DNA from: Desulfosoma sp.
GTDB lineage: Bacteria > Desulfobacterota > Syntrophobacteria > Syntrophobacterales > DSM-9756
Length of the DNA: 64,000 bases
Direction of reading: 5' to 3'
NCBI GenBank assembly: GCA_037481835.1
Contig: JBBFKW010000010.1
Coordinates: 108,234-172,233, forward strand
Shown here: piece by piece, positions 63,730 through 64,000 of the stretch
How the letters are laid out: every line of letters begins with the position of its first letter
How positions within the stretch are numbered: the first letter of the stretch is position 1
Program-made: the position numbers and the translations under genes
The notes under the pieces: model-generated
What the model was told of the DNA's origin: nothing
The model's input: only the letters and a program-made list of their open reading frames with translations
Databases searched by the model: none

Positions 63730-64000
63730 GCCTTGTCCTCCTTTCCCGGCATCGTTTCGCGGCACAAAGATCCCCTGTGCCGTTTCCTTTGCGTTTTCGC
63801 GAAGGCAAACCGCCTGAAACCTTCCCCGCTTTGTGGATGGGGGATTCGGGGGAGAACACCCCCCGGAGATTCGCTCGGCCCGGGAATCGGCTGAGCCGGA
63901 ACAGGCCCGGCCTACGCCGGCAATGCTGTTGACTTAAGAGCGAATAACATGGGGGTGCATTTCGCAAGATGCCGAAATAGATAATTTTTCATTGTAATTA

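Overview
High-GC bacterial chromosome segment whose gene content and order suggest a deltaproteobacterium (Desulfobacterota/Syntrophobacterales-like; inference only). About 1-30 kb is conserved core: lysC 3' part, cobO, efp-epmA, TPR/lipoprotein cluster, an EF-G paralogue, xerC-hslVU-argBDFGH-lipoprotein-lysA-dapF-dapA-dapB-dapL-folK-transaldolase-slt-pgsA-tRNA-Cys. About 30-37 kb holds redox/Fe-S accessory genes. About 37-53 kb is a heavily decayed accessory region. It contains an integron (intI with an in-frame deletion of its catalytic core, a predicted attI, two complete cassettes, two attC sites), two group II intron remnants (one a 125-nt 5'-end/DV-DVI fusion lying in a REP-like site), remnants of purB, recB and an alpha-hydroxy-acid oxidase, a recQ/dual-OB/DUF1998-helicase chimera, a TA pair and a UvrD fragment. 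About 53-61 kb is a CusCBA-like heavy-metal efflux operon. A small phage-like three-gene operon closes the window. No CRISPR array or rRNA was seen. All family calls come from motif recognition by eye, not database searches.
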